In this document: piece by piece, positions 1-9,641 of the stretch
Position numbering within the stretch: the first letter of the stretch is position 1
Layout: the number at the start of each line of letters is the position of its first letter
From: Acidobacteriota bacterium
Lineage (GTDB): Bacteria > Acidobacteriota > UBA890 > WLXD01
NCBI GenBank assembly: GCA_965205505.1
Contig: CBDBHB010000006.1
Coordinates: 320,001 to 384,000 of the forward strand
Direction: 5' to 3'
DNA: 64,000 nt
Position numbers and translations under genes: made by a program
Notes under the pieces: model-generated
Seen by the model: only the letters and a program-made list of their open reading frames with translations
Database searches by the model: none
What the model was told of the DNA's origin: nothing

Positions 1-1067
1 TCCGAGCTGAGCATGATGCCGAACGTGTTCTTGTCGTTGGCGAGGAAGTCCAACCGGCCATGGAACCGCTGACGCTTCGTGTTCTCGAAGATGTCAGAGC
101 CGAAGGCCGCTTCGTTGTGGCGCTGCAGGCCGTAGTTACCGAAGCCCATCAGCTTGTTGCGGATGATGGGTCCGCCGAACGTGACCGAGAAGTCGTGGTC
201 GTACTTGAACTCGCCACGCTTCCAGTCGAGGAAGCCACCGGAGTTGTCGCCCCGGAGCCCGCCGCCGGTGTAGTACCAGTTGGCCGAGCCAGCGAACTCG
301 TTGGTGCCACCCTTGGTCACGATGTTGATCGTGGCGCCGGTGAAGTTGCCGTACTCAGCGGAGGCACCAATACCGACCACCTGAATCTCGGCGACGGTGT
401 CGATGCTCGGGTTGATCCACGTGGCGCCCCAGTCGGGCTCGGTCACGTCGACACCGTTGAGCTTGTAGGCGTTGGCCGACGAGCCACGACGATACCGGCC
501 GGTACCATCAGACTCGACGTTGGCGCCAGCGCCGTACGCGCCCCGGTCGGTGAACCCGGCCGTCAGATCGCCAACCGCGACGAACTCACGCGCGATCGGG
601 ATGTTCTGGATGAGCTCCTCGCCGTAGTTGGCATTGATCGACGCCGCGGTCACATCGATCAGCGGTGTCTCACCGCTGACGGTGACGGTCTCGGACACAC
701 CCTCGAGCTCGAGGCTGAAATCGACGTTTGCGGTGATGCCCGTCTGGACCGAGGCGGTGAATATTTGCCCACCGAAGCCAGGCATCGTCACCGTGACGGT
801 GTAGGAGCCTGGTCGCAGCGCGCGGAACACGTAGTCACCGTTGGGGCCAGTAACCTTGGTCAACGAGGCCTGGATCAAGTTCTGACCCTCGACCGTGACC
901 GTTGCTCCCGGCAAGCCGGCACCGTCCGGATCTTGGACGGTTCCCTCGATATCACCCGTGGCCATCGCGCCCTGCGCGAAAGCCTGAGTGGTAACGAGGG
1001 GAGCGATGAGCATAAACGTCGCCGCCACGGCGACGCTTAAGAGCGTGGCGAAATGCCGGACTGTCAT
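1..1067 (-). CDS. TonB-dependent receptor with N-terminal carboxypeptidase-regulatory-like domain (5' part; continues beyond the window start)
   Basis: Manual translation from the ATG at 1067 gives MTVRHFATLLSVAVAATFMLIAPLVTTQAFAQ (signal peptide) followed by GDIEGTVQDPDGAGLPGATVTV...GDYVFRALRPGSYTVTVTMPGF. RBS AGGGAG lies upstream. It is absent from the ORF track because it has no stop in the window. Confidence 0.85.
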   Translation of the reverse strand, partial: MTVRHFATLLSVAVAATFMLIAPLVTTQAFAQGAMATGDIEGTVQDPDGAGLPGATVTVEGQNLIQASLTKVTGPNGDYVFRALRPGSYTVTVTMPGFGGQIFTASVQTGITANVDFSLELEGVSETVTVSGETPLIDVTAASINANYGEELIQNIPIAREFVAVGDLTAGFTDRGAYGAGANVESDGTGRYRRGSSANAYKLNGVDVTEPDWGATWINPSIDTVAEIQVVGIGASAEYGNFTGATINIVTKGGTNEFAGSANWYYTGGGLRGDNSGGFLDWKRGEFKYDHDFSVTFGGPIIRNKLMGFGNYGLQRHNEAAFGSDIFENTKRQRFHGRLDFLANDKNTFGIMLSS

Positions 1068-1116
1068 CGCGTTTCTCCCTGTGTTGGGGGTTGGGGACAC
1101 AGATCAACCAGCTTTT

Positions 1117-1133
1117 ATGCAATTTCTATTCCG
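1117..1133 (-). promoter_or_regulatory. Putative sigma-54 (-24/-12) promoter of the TonB receptor
   Basis: The minus strand reads CGGAATAGAAATTGCAT, which is GG-N10-GC with a TTGCA -12 box, about 50 nt upstream of the ATG. Confidence 0.5.
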
Positions 1134-1392
1134 ATTTTTCCGGGATTTCTCCAAGCCCTCGATGCACAGGCGTACCGTGGGCGCCCAAGTCAGGTGCGTC
1201 TAGCCGGAATCCGGGGCGCCGCGGTCCTGTCCTAGGGTGAGTTCCGGCGTCAGAGGCCAGAATTCATGGCTCGTAGCAACTTTCTATCCAAGTGGTTGGA
1301 GGCTCGCTCCAACTATTTGAATTTCTGGTCCTGCTTTCGTCGGGCGGAGGAGCGTTGGGACGGGGCAGATTGGCACCAGCCCGCCTGCTCGA

Positions 1393-2550
1393 CTAGCCGA
1401 TGAGGCCGCTGCCACGCTTGAGCAACTGTGCCGCGATGATCAGCCGCTGGATCTCCGACGTGCCCTCCCATATACGATCCACCCGCAGCTCGCGGAAGAA
1501 GCGCTCGGCGACGTTCTCGCGCATGTAACCGCGCCCGCCGAAGATCTGCACGGCTCGATCGGCCACTCGATTGGCCATCTCAGAGGCATAGAGCTTGGCC
1601 ATCGAGCACTGGGAGTGTTGCAGCTTGACGTCGACGTCGGCATCGATCTCTCGCGCCGTCTCATAGGTCATCAGGCGTGCTGCCCACAGCTCGGTGATCG
1701 AGTCGGCGAGCATGAACTGAATAGCCTGGTACTCGGAGATCGGGTGGCCGTAGGCGATGCGCTTCTTCGCGAAGGCCGAGGCTTCATCGATCAATCGCTC
1801 GGCGGCGCCGCAGCAGCGGGCGGCGATCATCAGCCGCTCGTAGCGGAACCAGGCATGAGCGTACTGCATGCCGCCATCCTCATCGCCGACGAGATTGGCC
1901 GCCGGCACGCGAACGTCGGCGAAGCTGATGATCGGGTGATGGTGTGAGTACGTGTGGGTGTAGGCCGGCGTGCGGTCGACGCTGATGCCCGGGGTGTCGA
2001 TGTCGACGAAGAACAGCGCGTGGTTGCCTTCCGGCAGCTTCGCCTGGAAGAAGAGGTAGTCGGCGTGGTTGTACGACGTGACATGCCACTTGACGCCGTT
2101 GAGCACGTAGTCGTCGCCGTCCCGCACCGCCGTCGACTCGATGGCGTCGACATCGGATCCGGCTCCCTCTTCGGTGATCGCGTAGCATTCGCTCCGCCTG
2201 CCCTCGACCGTCGGAACGATCCAGATGTCCAGCTGATGCCGGGTCGCGATGTCGATGATCCAGTTGGGCGGCGTCCAGACGACCCACCCCAGACCGTTGG
2301 TTACAGCCCCGATCTGTTCGGAGATCAGCGTCTGCTGTAGGTGGGTGAAGCCGGGGCCCCCGAGGCTCTCGGGCATGCTCATCGCCCCGAGGCCGAGCTC
2401 CAGGACACGCGCCTGCAGCGTCTCCCGCATTCCCGGAGGCAGCTCGCCTTCGTGGGCCTCTGCATACTCCTCGTGCGGAATCAGCTCCTCCCGCACGAAG
2501 GCTCGCGCCCGGGTCTGGATCTCGCGGTCTTCTTCGCTCAGTCTGTACAT
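1393..2550 (-). CDS. Acyl-CoA dehydrogenase family protein
   Basis: Motifs AITEEGAGSD, YVLNGVKW, AVQIFGGRGY and RIWEGTSEIQR. Confidence 0.93.
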   Translation of the reverse strand: MYRLSEEDREIQTRARAFVREELIPHEEYAEAHEGELPPGMRETLQARVLELGLGAMSMPESLGGPGFTHLQQTLISEQIGAVTNGLGWVVWTPPNWIIDIATRHQLDIWIVPTVEGRRSECYAITEEGAGSDVDAIESTAVRDGDDYVLNGVKWHVTSYNHADYLFFQAKLPEGNHALFFVDIDTPGISVDRTPAYTHTYSHHHPIISFADVRVPAANLVGDEDGGMQYAHAWFRYERLMIAARCCGAAERLIDEASAFAKKRIAYGHPISEYQAIQFMLADSITELWAARLMTYETAREIDADVDVKLQHSQCSMAKLYASEMANRVADRAVQIFGGRGYMRENVAERFFRELRVDRIWEGTSEIQRLIIAAQLLKRGSGLIG

Positions 2551-2590
2551 TCAGCCACCGCTCCGAATGCCGCTCCGGCGTGCCGCTACC

Positions 2591-4177
2591 TCACGGGCGT
2601 CCTGACAGGATCTGTCGCGCGGCGTTACGTCCCGGCAATCCGGTCAACACGCCCCCCGGATGGGACCCCGAGCCACACAGGTAGACGTTTTCCACCGGCG
2701 CACGGTAACGCGCAGCGCCCGGGATCGGTCGCATGAACAGCAGCTGATCGAGGGTCATCTCGCCATGGTGCAGGTTGCCCTCCGGTAGATCGAAAAGCGC
2801 TTCCAGGTCGGTCGGCGTCAGTACCTGCGAGTCGACGATCGTGTCGCCGGCGCCGGGCGCATACTCGCCCAGCGTCGCCAGCACCGTCTCCAACAGCCTG
2901 GCTCGATGGTCTTCGTTCCAGCCTCCGTCGATGTGATACGGCGCGTATTGCACGGCGATCGACATGGTGTGGTAGCCGGGGGGTGCCAGGGTGTCGTCGG
3001 CCCCCGACGGTACGGAGATATCCAGATAGGGTCGTTCCGACATGTCGCCGTACTTGACGTGATCGTAGGCGCGCTGCAGATAGTCCATCGTCGGGGCGAT
3101 CTGGACGTGCCCGCTGGTGCGTAGCTCGCTCTCCGTGATGCCCGTGAACTCCGGCAGTGCGCTCAGTGCCAGGTGCACCCGGGCGCTGGATCCCCGGTAT
3201 TTGATGTTGCGCACATGTTGCACGGTCGCGGCCGACATGCGCGTCGGGTCGAGCAGGTTCAGGAACGTCGTGCGGGGCGAGGCACCAGAGACCACGATAT
3301 CGGCCGGAATCGACGCGCCGCTCTGCAGCGTGACTCCGGTGGCCGCTCCGGCAACGTGGTCGATGGCGGCGACGGGCTCGCCCGTTCGTATCTCGACGCC
3401 GGCGCTGCGTGCCGCCTCGGCGAGCGCCTCGGTCAGCTTGCCGGCGCCGCCACGTAATAGCGATCCGGACCGGAACAATCCGGTGTCGCTGCACGCCCAG
3501 CGGTGCAGAAGCAGATAGGCGGTGCCCGCCTCCCGCGGGCCCCAGGTCATCGCACGCACGCCGCTGGCGGCGATGGCGCCTTTCACGACCCCCGACTCGA
3601 ACCACTCGTTGAGGAGGTCGGCAGCTGGCATCGGCAGTACGCGGGCGAGCTCCGGGATGTTCTTGCGGCCCATCTTGCGCAGCGGCCCGAGTAGGCCCAG
3701 CATGCCGATCAGATCGCGCCCCGTCACGTCCGGGATGTCGGGAGGGGTTACTGCCAGCAGACCGCGAAGCATGCCCGTGAGCCGCTGCATGAGATCGACG
3801 AACTGCGGATAGTGCGCCGCATCGGCAGCACTGTAACGCTCGATCTCGGAGGCGGTGCGCGAGGCGTCGCGCCAGATCCGCAGGCAGCTACCGTCCGGTT
3901 GGGGCGACAGCAGCACCGGGTCGACCTCGATGGTCTCGAGGCCGCATCCCGACAGACCGAGATCCCCGGCGATCTCGGGCGCCAGGTACGACGAGGCGGC
4001 GTCGGCGCAGGTGGAGAATCGGTAGCCGGGAATCAATTCCTCGGTGACCGCGATCCCGCCGACCGCATCACGCCGCTCGAGCACGAGAACGCGCCGTCCC
4101 GCCCTCGCCAGGTAGGCTGCCGCGACCAGACCGTTGTGGCCGGCGCCGATCACGACAACGTCGAATCGATCGGCCAT
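2591..4177 (-). CDS. Phytoene dehydrogenase-like (PYROXD2-type) FAD oxidoreductase, copy 2
   Basis: Rossmann motif VIGAGHNGLVAAAYLA, GNLHHGEMTLDQL, and C-terminal YLCGSGSHPGG. The start MADRFD at 4177 overlaps the upstream stop (TGATG). Confidence 0.9.
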   Translation of the reverse strand: MADRFDVVVIGAGHNGLVAAAYLARAGRRVLVLERRDAVGGIAVTEELIPGYRFSTCADAASSYLAPEIAGDLGLSGCGLETIEVDPVLLSPQPDGSCLRIWRDASRTASEIERYSAADAAHYPQFVDLMQRLTGMLRGLLAVTPPDIPDVTGRDLIGMLGLLGPLRKMGRKNIPELARVLPMPAADLLNEWFESGVVKGAIAASGVRAMTWGPREAGTAYLLLHRWACSDTGLFRSGSLLRGGAGKLTEALAEAARSAGVEIRTGEPVAAIDHVAGAATGVTLQSGASIPADIVVSGASPRTTFLNLLDPTRMSAATVQHVRNIKYRGSSARVHLALSALPEFTGITESELRTSGHVQIAPTMDYLQRAYDHVKYGDMSERPYLDISVPSGADDTLAPPGYHTMSIAVQYAPYHIDGGWNEDHRARLLETVLATLGEYAPGAGDTIVDSQVLTPTDLEALFDLPEGNLHHGEMTLDQLLFMRPIPGAARYRAPVENVYLCGSGSHPGGVLTGLPGRNAARQILSGRP

Positions 4178-5787
4178 CAACTTGTCCCCCTGAGAATCTC
4201 GAGAGCGGCGAGGCGGCCGGGGCCGCCGGTGATCCCGCCGCCCGGATGCGTGCCCGATCCGCACTGGTAGTAGTTGCGGATCGGTGTTCGGTGCTGCGCC
4301 CAGCCGGCCGCAGGCCGCAGGAAGAACAGCTGATCGAGGGTGAGCTCACCTTGGAAGATGTTGCCGGTAGTGAGGGCGAACTCTTGCTCGATATCCCAGG
4401 GTGAGAGCACCTGACGGTGCAGGATCAGGTCCTTGAGATTGGGTGCGAACTCGGCGAGCGTGTCGACGACCGCGTCGCCGAAGTTCTCGCGCTCGTCCTC
4501 CCAGGTGCTGTCTGCGAGCTCGTAGTTAGCGTACTGCACGAAGATCGACATGACGTGCTTGCCCGGTGGTGCCATCGACGGGTCGACGACGGTGGGAACC
4601 ACGAGGTCCATGTACGGCCGGCTGGAAAAGCCACCGTACTTGGCCTCGTCGTACGCCCGCTCCATGTAGGCGAGGCTCGGCGCGATCTCGACCATGCCGA
4701 CGCCGTGCAGGTAGGTCGGGTCCGGTGCGGCGGTGAAGTCCGGAAGCCCGTCGAGCGCCAGATTGACCTTTCCGGAGGAGCCGCGGAACTTGAACTTCTC
4801 GATCGACTCGACCAGCTCGCCGGGCAGATCCTTGCGATCGAGCAGCTTCAGGAACGTCACCTTCGGATCGCATCCGGAGACCACGACGTCGGCGTGGATC
4901 TCCTCGCCGCTCTGCAGCGCCACGCCAACGGCTCGTCCGTTCTTGACGATCACCTGCTCCACCGCTGTATTGCAGCGTGTTTCCGCCCCGTGGCTGCGTG
5001 CGGCGCTCGCCAGTGCCTCGCTGACACCGCCGGTGCCGCCTTTCTGTGATCCCCAGGCGGTGAAGGCGCCGTCGAGCTCACCCATGTAGTGGTGCAGGAG
5101 CACGTAGGCGGTGCCCGGCGAGCACGGGCCAAGCATGGTGCCGATGATGCCGCTGATCGACATCGCCGCCTTCATCACATCGGTCTCGAAGAACTCGGCG
5201 AGAAAGTCCGCTGCGCTCATCGTCATGATCTTGTGCAGGTAATGGAACTTGCGCTTGCCGAGTCCTTGCATGTGGCGCGACAGCTCGCGCAGCGTGCCGA
5301 GGTCGCGCAGGCTCGGCGACACCAGGTCTGGCGGTACCATGCCGAGGATCGGCTTCACCGCGTACGCCATCTCGAACATGAGCTGGTGGAATTCCTCGTA
5401 GCGGTCGGCGTCACGCACCGAATGGCGCTTGATCTCCTCGCGCGTGCTGGCGGCGTCGGGCCAGAAGGCGATGTAGTCGCCGTCCTCCATCGGTGTGAAC
5501 GCGCCGGTCAACGGGACGATCTGGAGCCCGTGTTTGGCCAGCTCGAGCTCGCGAATGACCTCGGGACGAAGCAGGCTGACGACATAGGAGCACACGGTGT
5601 ACGTGAACCCCGGGTAGACCTCCTCGCTGACCGCCGCACCGCCCACGATGTGCCGGCGCTCGAGCACCAGCACCTTGCGCCCCGCCTTGGCGAGGTAGGC
5701 GGCGGTCGTCAATCCGTTGTGGCCACCCCCGACGACGATGGCGTCGTACTTGGTGGTGATCCCAGTGGGGCTACCGGTGGCGCTCAC
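4177..5787 (-). CDS. Phytoene dehydrogenase-like (PYROXD2-type) FAD oxidoreductase, copy 1
   Basis: Motifs VVGGGHNGLTTAAYLA, GNIFQGELTLDQL and CGSGTHPGGG. The GTG start at 5787 overlaps the gcvT-like stop (GTGA). Confidence 0.9.
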   Translation of the reverse strand: MSATGSPTGITTKYDAIVVGGGHNGLTTAAYLAKAGRKVLVLERRHIVGGAAVSEEVYPGFTYTVCSYVVSLLRPEVIRELELAKHGLQIVPLTGAFTPMEDGDYIAFWPDAASTREEIKRHSVRDADRYEEFHQLMFEMAYAVKPILGMVPPDLVSPSLRDLGTLRELSRHMQGLGKRKFHYLHKIMTMSAADFLAEFFETDVMKAAMSISGIIGTMLGPCSPGTAYVLLHHYMGELDGAFTAWGSQKGGTGGVSEALASAARSHGAETRCNTAVEQVIVKNGRAVGVALQSGEEIHADVVVSGCDPKVTFLKLLDRKDLPGELVESIEKFKFRGSSGKVNLALDGLPDFTAAPDPTYLHGVGMVEIAPSLAYMERAYDEAKYGGFSSRPYMDLVVPTVVDPSMAPPGKHVMSIFVQYANYELADSTWEDERENFGDAVVDTLAEFAPNLKDLILHRQVLSPWDIEQEFALTTGNIFQGELTLDQLFFLRPAAGWAQHRTPIRNYYQCGSGTHPGGGITGGPGRLAALEILRGTS

Positions 5788-6968
5788 GACTTCTTCCTCG
5801 CGGGATCGAAGAACGGTGTCTTGACAACCTTCGCGGGAACCGTGCGACGTATCGCCTCGACCGTCATCTCGATGTCGAGCGTGCCGCCCAGCGCCGCGTG
5901 CTGGGGCTTGACCCGGGCGAGCGCGATGTACTTCTTGAGCGTCGGCGACCAGGTGCCGCTGGTGGCCTTGCCCACCTGCCGGCCGCCCACGTACACCGGC
6001 ACGGCCGTGCTCCACGCTTCCCAGGGAAGCTGCAGCGGCATACCGAACTCGGCGTAGATTGCCTCCAGTGCGAGGACGTCGATTTCCACCCCGACCGTCT
6101 TCCACGCTGGCCCCCGAGCCCTCTCCTCGCTGAGCGCCTGCTGGCCGACGAAGAACGGCTTGTCGAGGTGCACCATCCAACCCAGGCCGAGCTCCAGCGG
6201 GGTCGACTTCTGGACGTCGAACATCGTCTTCCGGCAGGAGATGAAGTCGACCTCAGACAACAGCAAACCGGCCTCGACGCGCACCATCTCGAGCGCCAGC
6301 GTGCCGGCCGGCTTGATCGCGTAGCTGCGGCCCCGATCCATCAACACGTCCCACACGTGTTCGGCATCGTCGGGGTCGATCCAGACCTCGTAGCCGAGGT
6401 CGCCGGTGTAGCCGGTGCGCGTCACCGTCACCCGGGCGTTGCCGATGCCGGTCTGGGTGGCGCGGAAGTACCCGAGTCGCGATAGGTCCGTGCTTGCGGC
6501 AGCCTGCAGGAGGTCGCGTGACGTCGGGCCCTGCAGCGCCAGCGCCGCGAGCGACTCGGACACGTCTTCCACCTGGACATCCATGCCGTAGCCGTTGTCT
6601 TGTAGCCACGCCAAGCTCGGGTCGGCAGTGGTCAGCCGATAGAAGTTGTCTCCCAGTCGCGCCAGCGCACCGTCGTCGATGATGTGGCCGGCGTCATCGC
6701 ACCAGGCCGCGTACATCACCTGCCCGACCACGCACCGGGTCACATCGCGCGTCAGCACCCTGTCGAGCAGCCGGATGGCGTCGGGTCCGTGAATATGGAA
6801 CTTGTACAGCGGCGAGACGTCGAAGAGCCCCGTCGCCATGCGCACGGCGTGGTACTCGTGGGTGTGCTCGAGCTCGTACATGGCGGCCGACTGGTAGCCC
6901 GCCCACTCGACCCAGCTGTTGCTGACGCACAACGGCGCGGTCCTCGAATGAAAGGGTGTCGGTAGCAT
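5784..6968 (-). CDS. Aminomethyltransferase (GcvT/folate-binding) family protein
   Basis: Motifs GLFDVSPLYK, DDAGHIIDDG, ALQGPTSR, TRTGYTGDLGYE, RVEAG and C-terminal TPFFDP. Confidence 0.92.
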   Translation of the reverse strand: MLPTPFHSRTAPLCVSNSWVEWAGYQSAAMYELEHTHEYHAVRMATGLFDVSPLYKFHIHGPDAIRLLDRVLTRDVTRCVVGQVMYAAWCDDAGHIIDDGALARLGDNFYRLTTADPSLAWLQDNGYGMDVQVEDVSESLAALALQGPTSRDLLQAAASTDLSRLGYFRATQTGIGNARVTVTRTGYTGDLGYEVWIDPDDAEHVWDVLMDRGRSYAIKPAGTLALEMVRVEAGLLLSEVDFISCRKTMFDVQKSTPLELGLGWMVHLDKPFFVGQQALSEERARGPAWKTVGVEIDVLALEAIYAEFGMPLQLPWEAWSTAVPVYVGGRQVGKATSGTWSPTLKKYIALARVKPQHAALGGTLDIEMTVEAIRRTVPAKVVKTPFFDPARKKS

Positions 6969-6997
6969 TGTTTGCTCCTGTTTCTCTCGACGAGCGT

Positions 6998-7276
6998 CTA
7001 GCAGGCCGTGGTGAAAGTGTGGTGGGTCTGGTTACGGCGAGTTGGGGCCAGATGCAAGGCGGCCTGACACTGGCGATGCCCTAGCCATCGTCGAGGAAGG
7101 CCAACGCCGCAGATGGCCCCAAATCGCCGTAACCCTTCGGGCGACAGGGGGTTGCGCGCGTGTGCTGCGTCGTTCCTCGTCAACGATGGGGGTACCATCG
7201 CCTCCTCCTCTCTCCTTGCCTCCACCTCGCAAGACCTTGTCGCCAGACCCACCACACTTTCACCACGGCCTGCTAG
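6998..7276. mobile_element. MITE-like element A (279 bp) with 34-bp perfect terminal inverted repeats including CTAG
   Basis: CTAGCAGGCCGTGGTGAAAGTGTGGTGGGTCTGG at 6998 and its exact reverse complement ending at 7276. It holds two internal hairpin modules (7030-7134 and 7141-7243), has no credible coding capacity, and has related copies at 49337 and 50969. Confidence 0.88.
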
Positions 7277-7302
7277 TCCGATCGACGCCCTGCGGCGTCG
7301 CG

Positions 7303-9432
7303 TCAGGTGTCCCGTTCAGTCAGGCTCGCGCGCGCTCGGGGAACGACGAGAGCGTCCACTGCTACGCAGCCGCCAGGGCCGGCGATCAACGGGTTGATGT
7401 CGAGTCCGTCGATGAGATCACCCAGATCCACGGCGAGCACCGAGAGTCGCACGAGGGCGTCGACGACCGCGCGGGTATCGGCGGGCGACGCTCCGCGGAC
7501 GCCAGACAGCAGCCGTCGGGCAGCTAGGCCGTTCAGCAGCCGCTCGGCACGTGGCGCGTCTAGTGGCGGGAGTGCGAACGAGCGGTCACAGACGATCTCC
7601 ACCAGCACCCCGCCGGTGGCCGCCATCACCAGTGGGCCAAACTGAGCGTCGCGCACGATCCCCAGCGCCAACTCCACGCCGGCGGGAGCCATCTTCTGCA
7701 CCAACACCGGAGGGCCGAGCCGCTCGATGAGCCCGTTGCACGCGCTTTCGAAAGCCGCCGGGTTGTCGAGCCCTAAGATGACACCGCCTACGTCCGACTT
7801 GTGCGCCACTCCGGGCGCCGCGGTCTTGAGCGCTATTGGCCATCCGAAGCGCTCCGCCGCCGCGGCGGCGTCCGCGGTGCTGTCGGCCGTTTCTCCCTCG
7901 ATGGTCGGGAGACCGTAGTCGCTCAACAGCGCCAGCCCTTCCCGCTCACTCCAGCGAGCGCTATCGCTCAGTCGTCGGCGCCAGCGGTCGCGCACTTCCG
8001 CCGCGACCGGCGCCGGGGATGTGAAGCTCGGCAGCGCTGCGAAGTCGCGGCGATCGAACAACGCCCGGAAGGCTCGCAGCCCGGTAGCCGTACCCTCGAG
8101 CAACGGGACGCCGGCGTTGCGTATCAGCTCGGCCGACACCGCCGGTATCGCCGCTGGCAGGTTGCTCAAGACAGCCACCGGCTTGTCCGTCTCGGCGAAG
8201 ATCTCCGCCGCCATCCGATCGTAGAATTGCCCCGCGTCGTGGATGTAGTCTGCGAGGTCAATGACGAAGCCGAGGGCAGCGGTGTCAGGATCGGCAAGCA
8301 ACGCGCGCATGCACTCCATGAAGATCGTCTCGTAATTGGCTCCGGTGCCCCAGGCGTCGACCGGGTTCACGGCGGGCAGGCCGGGGTCCAGCACTGCCGC
8401 CAGCCGGCCCACGGTCTCGTCCGAGATCTGTGCCAGCGGCAGGCCCACGTCGGCGGCCACGTCGATGAGGTGGGCGCGTTCGCCTCCCGAGTCATGAACT
8501 GCCGCCAGCCCTCCCGGCGCCGCGCCACGGCCGCCGCTCAACAGCTCCAGCGTGTCGACCATTTCGTCGAGGTTGGCGACACGAATTACGCCGTACTCGC
8601 GGAACACGGCCTCGTAGGCTCCGTCCTCGCCGGCGAGCCCACCCGAATGCGCCACCACCAGCTCCTGCGCGAGCGGCTCGCGGCCGGTTTTCAGCACCAC
8701 TACCGGGATATCTTTCGCGTTCGCTAGCTGCAGCGCTTGGCGGAATCCCTGCGGATCACGGACCGTCTCCAGGAACATCGCGATCATGCCGGTCGATTCG
8801 AGCTCGAGCGCGTATTTCATGTAGTCGGCCACGGTCGTGGCCAGCTCCATACCAGTGGAAACCGCGAGGTTGAACTTCAACCCGCGCTGGTTGTGGGTCA
8901 TGGCGGTATAGGCCGAGCCCGAGTGGCTGAGCCAGGTGATCGGCCCGGCCTCCAGATCGGCGAGCTCCGGGTAGGCCAACGCCCGGAGCCCGTTCTCGAG
9001 GTTGAAGAAGCCCATCCCGTTGCCGCCGCAGACCGGCATTGCGTGCGCGCGTGCGATCTCGGACAGTCGCTGGGATAGCAGCGGCGCGCCCTCCTGCGGC
9101 TCTTCGTAACAACTGGCGAAGATCACCGCCGCGCCCGCGCCGCAGTCCGCGGCCAGTTGTAACTGGCCTTCGAGCAGCGAGTTCTTGACCCCGAGGATCA
9201 CCAGGTCGACCGCTTCCGGCAGGTGGTCGAGCGACGCGTAGCAGCGGAGTCCCTGCACCTCTTCGTAGCCCGGGTTGATCGGGTAGATGGGGCCCGTGAA
9301 GCCGCCGATCTTGAGCTCGGACACCATGGTGTAGCCGGCGGACCCGGGACGCTCGCTCGCTCCCACGATCGCCACGGATCGAGCGGTGAGCATGGGTGCA
9401 AGGTGCGGTTGAAGGGTGACGGTGTCCGACAT
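7303..9432 (-). CDS. Acetate--CoA ligase (ADP-forming) family acyl-CoA synthetase
   Basis: CoA-binding SVAIVGASERPGS, SHSGS, AHSGGLAG (phospho-His region), ATP-grasp HKSDVGGV and DINPL...AVDAL. Confidence 0.9.
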   Translation of the reverse strand: MSDTVTLQPHLAPMLTARSVAIVGASERPGSAGYTMVSELKIGGFTGPIYPINPGYEEVQGLRCYASLDHLPEAVDLVILGVKNSLLEGQLQLAADCGAGAAVIFASCYEEPQEGAPLLSQRLSEIARAHAMPVCGGNGMGFFNLENGLRALAYPELADLEAGPITWLSHSGSAYTAMTHNQRGLKFNLAVSTGMELATTVADYMKYALELESTGMIAMFLETVRDPQGFRQALQLANAKDIPVVVLKTGREPLAQELVVAHSGGLAGEDGAYEAVFREYGVIRVANLDEMVDTLELLSGGRGAAPGGLAAVHDSGGERAHLIDVAADVGLPLAQISDETVGRLAAVLDPGLPAVNPVDAWGTGANYETIFMECMRALLADPDTAALGFVIDLADYIHDAGQFYDRMAAEIFAETDKPVAVLSNLPAAIPAVSAELIRNAGVPLLEGTATGLRAFRALFDRRDFAALPSFTSPAPVAAEVRDRWRRRLSDSARWSEREGLALLSDYGLPTIEGETADSTADAAAAAERFGWPIALKTAAPGVAHKSDVGGVILGLDNPAAFESACNGLIERLGPPVLVQKMAPAGVELALGIVRDAQFGPLVMAATGGVLVEIVCDRSFALPPLDAPRAERLLNGLAARRLLSGVRGASPADTRAVVDALVRLSVLAVDLGDLIDGLDINPLIAGPGGCVAVDALVVPRARASLTERDT

Positions 9433-9509
9433 CACTCGAGCCGCCGTGAACCCGGCGCGCGATCGCAGCGATCGCGACGGTTCCTAGCGGCGGGTGTTGG
9501 AGTCTAAAA

Positions 9510-9525
9510 CTGACTGGTCATTCAG
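9510..9525. promoter_or_regulatory. Candidate TetR operator (imperfect TGAA-N6-TTCA palindrome)
   Basis: CTGACTGGTCATTCAG in the divergent intergenic region between the ligase and the TetR gene. Confidence 0.4.
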
Positions 9526-9608
9526 CCGCCGCAGACGATATCTCGCAGAACCCGGGAAGGAAAGACGTGCATGGTCTAGAATCACGGCATCGTTAGTTGA
9601 TCAACATC

Positions 9609-9624
9609 TTGAATAGGTGTTCAG
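9609..9624. promoter_or_regulatory. Candidate TetR operator (autoregulatory)
   Basis: TTGAATAGGTGTTCAG lies 17 nt before the TetR ATG and matches the sites at 16069 and 16178. Confidence 0.55.
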
Positions 9625-9641
9625 TAACCTCCTGTGTAGGT

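Noticed and set aside
60-1040. 326-aa + strand ORF
   Set aside because: It is the antisense shadow of the TonB receptor. The minus frame has the signal peptide, RBS and family motifs.
2591-5787. Carotenoid biosynthesis (crtI)
   Set aside because: There is no crtB, crtE or crtY nearby, and the context is amine catabolism.
6998-7397. Short ORFs across element A (with similar ones at 49166-49657 and 50969-51178) as a repeated small protein or transposase
   Set aside because: They are translations of the repeat itself. There are no DDE or HUH motifs and the frames are not conserved.
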